DNA of 32,000 bases from NCBI GenBank assembly GCA_963668495.1, contig OY764545.1, forward strand, positions 1,188,219 through 1,220,218, written 5' to 3'. Source of the DNA: Rhodospirillaceae bacterium (lineage in GTDB: Bacteria > Pseudomonadota > Alphaproteobacteria > Rhodospirillales > Rhodospirillaceae). This document shows, piece after piece, positions 30,494-32,000 of this stretch. Each line of letters starts with the position of its first letter. Within the stretch, counting starts at the first letter, position 1. The position numbers were made by a program, and so were the translations under genes. The notes under the pieces are model-generated. The model saw nothing but the letters and a program-made list of their open reading frames with translations, made no database searches and had not been told where the DNA came from.

Positions 30494-30788
30494 CACATCC
30501 CCCAGCAGACAAACTTAATACGGCAGACTATCACCAAACTCAGTGGTTGTGAAACGTCTTAGAATGCATGTGCTTAGCCGACATTCATCCCATTACAGAT
30601 AGATATTACTACCCTGAAGGCGCTGGAGGTTTGGCTTTGGCGTCGTGATGCCCTTTCTGGCGGAGGCCGGGAAGGGCTTTTATATGGAGGCTGTAATGGC
30701 GATGATGTCCATCCCGACGGCTCTGGTATTGGCGAAGCTGGTGCTGGAAGCCGCCGAAGAACTTACCAAAGACGATATCTAATCTACC

Positions 30789-30826
30789 GCACCCTCGGCC
30801 ATATGGCCGGGGGTGCTAGCTTTTTT
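30789..30826 (+). terminator. strong Rho-independent terminator
   Basis: 12-bp stem GCACCCTCGGCC-atat-GGCCGGGGGTGC (one G-U pair), then tagc + TTTTTT (30821-30826). It sits 7 nt after the stop of a possible 44-aa ORF and 23 nt before the start codon of the CobS-like gene. Confidence 0.7.
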
Positions 30827-30849
30827 GCACAAATTAATAGGAGGCCAAT

Positions 30850-31860
30850 ATGGCTGAAGATAAACCCACCGCCATCACGGCGGAGGATGAATTGACGCGC
30901 CTGCAACCCATGGATATGGATGCAGGTGTTTTGTTTAGCGGGCAAACATCGGGTCGCATGATTAAGGGCTATGACCGTGTCTGCACTTACACCCCGGCGG
31001 TGGATCTCAACTATGTATTTCACGACACCATGAGGGAAATTGTGGTGTGGCTGATGTCGCCGTCAGATCCGCTGTATGTGTTCGGACCAACTGGCTCCGG
31101 CAAGACCAGTTTGATCCGTCAGTTGGCTGCCAAGCTGAATTACCCGGTGTTTGACGTTACCGGACATGGTCGATTGGAGTTTGCCGATCTGGTTGGCCAC
31201 ATGACCGTTATCGACGGTTCCATGCGCTTTGAACATGGACCGTTAGCCTTGGCTATGAATCACGGCGGATTGTTCTTATTGAATGAAATCGACCTACTGG
31301 ATCCGGCGACACTGACTGGCCTCAATGGTGTGCTCGACGGCGATCCGTTGTGCATTCCGGAAAATGGCGGTGAGGTGATCAAGCCGCATCCCATGTTCCG
31401 CCTAGTCGCCACCGCCAATACCAATGGCGCGTCAGATATCTCGGGCATGTATCAGGGAACACTACGCCAGAACCTCGCCTTCATGGATCGGTTCTGGCTG
31501 TGTGAAGTCGGCTATCCTGAACCGGATACCGAGCTTACCTTGTTAGAGAAAGTCGCCGGCGATCTACCGTCTGAGATTCGCTCTCGTATGGTCGATTACG
31601 CCAACGAAGTGCGGGAGCAGTTCATTGGTAATGGCGACACCCTCAGCTTTGCCGACCGTATCGAAGTCACGTTTTCCACTCGTACCCTACTGCGTTGGGC
31701 CGACCTAACCCTACGCTTCCAACCTTTGTCGTTACAGGGGATTTCCCCTGTGACCTATGCACTGGATCGTGCGTTAGGTTTTCGTGCCTCACCTGAAACT
31801 CGCGCCATGCTGAACGAGTTGGCACAGCGCATCTTTAGCACATCCAGCGAACCTGACTAA
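30850..31860 (+). CDS. CobS/MoxR-like AAA+ ATPase (mobile-element-associated type)
   Basis: 336 aa. AGGAGG RBS. Walker A (FGPTGSGKTS). Walker B (GLFLLNEIDLL). Sensor region (RLVATANT). The overall pattern matches the CobS-like ATPases that travel with vWA/CobT-like partners on phages and integrative elements. Confidence 0.8.
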   Translation: MAEDKPTAITAEDELTRLQPMDMDAGVLFSGQTSGRMIKGYDRVCTYTPAVDLNYVFHDTMREIVVWLMSPSDPLYVFGPTGSGKTSLIRQLAAKLNYPVFDVTGHGRLEFADLVGHMTVIDGSMRFEHGPLALAMNHGGLFLLNEIDLLDPATLTGLNGVLDGDPLCIPENGGEVIKPHPMFRLVATANTNGASDISGMYQGTLRQNLAFMDRFWLCEVGYPEPDTELTLLEKVAGDLPSEIRSRMVDYANEVREQFIGNGDTLSFADRIEVTFSTRTLLRWADLTLRFQPLSLQGISPVTYALDRALGFRASPETRAMLNELAQRIFSTSSEPD

Positions 31861-31942
31861 CTCCCTACTCATAATCTGCACAGAACCCGCCGTCTCTTTC
31901 TGAGTGCGGCATTTTTTGTGCCTGCATCAAAGGACCATATTC

Positions 31943-32000
31943 ATGACTACCGACATTACCGTTCTCAAAAGCCTGATCGCTCTGCGTTTGGACATCAACA
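31943..32000 (+). CDS. start of a further ORF (MTTDITVLKSLIALRLDIN...), truncated by the window end
   Basis: ATG at 31943 with AAAGGA 8 nt upstream. Only 19 codons are visible, so the function is not assessable. Confidence 0.3.
   Translation, partial: MTTDITVLKSLIALRLDIN

Noticed and set aside
30497-30650. Region upstream of hsdR examined for a retron msr-msd or a clear sigma-70 promoter
   Set aside because: I found only short direct repeats (CTTAG...CTTAG) and an ATGCAT palindrome. There is no long msd-type hairpin and no convincing -35/-10 pair I would commit to.
31886-31918. Hairpin plus T6 after the CobS-like gene, considered as a terminator
   Set aside because: The GC stem is only about 4 bp (CCGC/GCGG), with an alternative A/T-rich outer pairing. 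That is too weak to call.

Overview
The window has two parts. (1) 1-10825 is a conserved housekeeping block that looks alphaproteobacterial. It holds a PAS-sensor fragment, greA, carB and carA on the minus strand, and a yqeY-like gene, dnaG and rpoD on the plus strand. It ends in a tRNA with a CAT anticodon (10749-10825). (2) 10826-32000 is a visibly AT-richer, mosaic genomic island anchored at that tRNA and running past the window end. The island carries a decayed integrase N-terminal relic, two back-to-back tyrosine integrases, and at least three immunity-type modules. (a) A translationally coupled three-gene operon (16215-19812) encodes an ABC/AAA_15-21-type ATPase, a 291-aa unknown protein and a ComEC-type MBL-fold hydrolase. 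I cannot assign it to any named defence system, and its layout resembles the computationally predicted ABC-three-component systems. (b) A ~687-aa protein (20059-22122) has a C-terminal PD-(D/E)xK/NERD-like nuclease motif. (c) A five-gene, overlap-coupled operon (22356-30496) reads hsdR-hsdM-hsdS-NDT-like-retron-type RT. Here a retron-like effector/RT pair is joined to the 3' end of a Type I R-M operon, leaving no space for the usual upstream msr-msd ncRNA. Modules (c) and (a) are my top candidates for an undescribed system. A ~125-bp imperfect direct repeat (11433-11555 and 22201-22325) lies in the 3' flank of two minus-strand genes and brackets the integrase/ATPase/nuclease segment. All functional calls come from reading motifs by eye in the supplied translations or my own. 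No database search, HMM or folding program was run.
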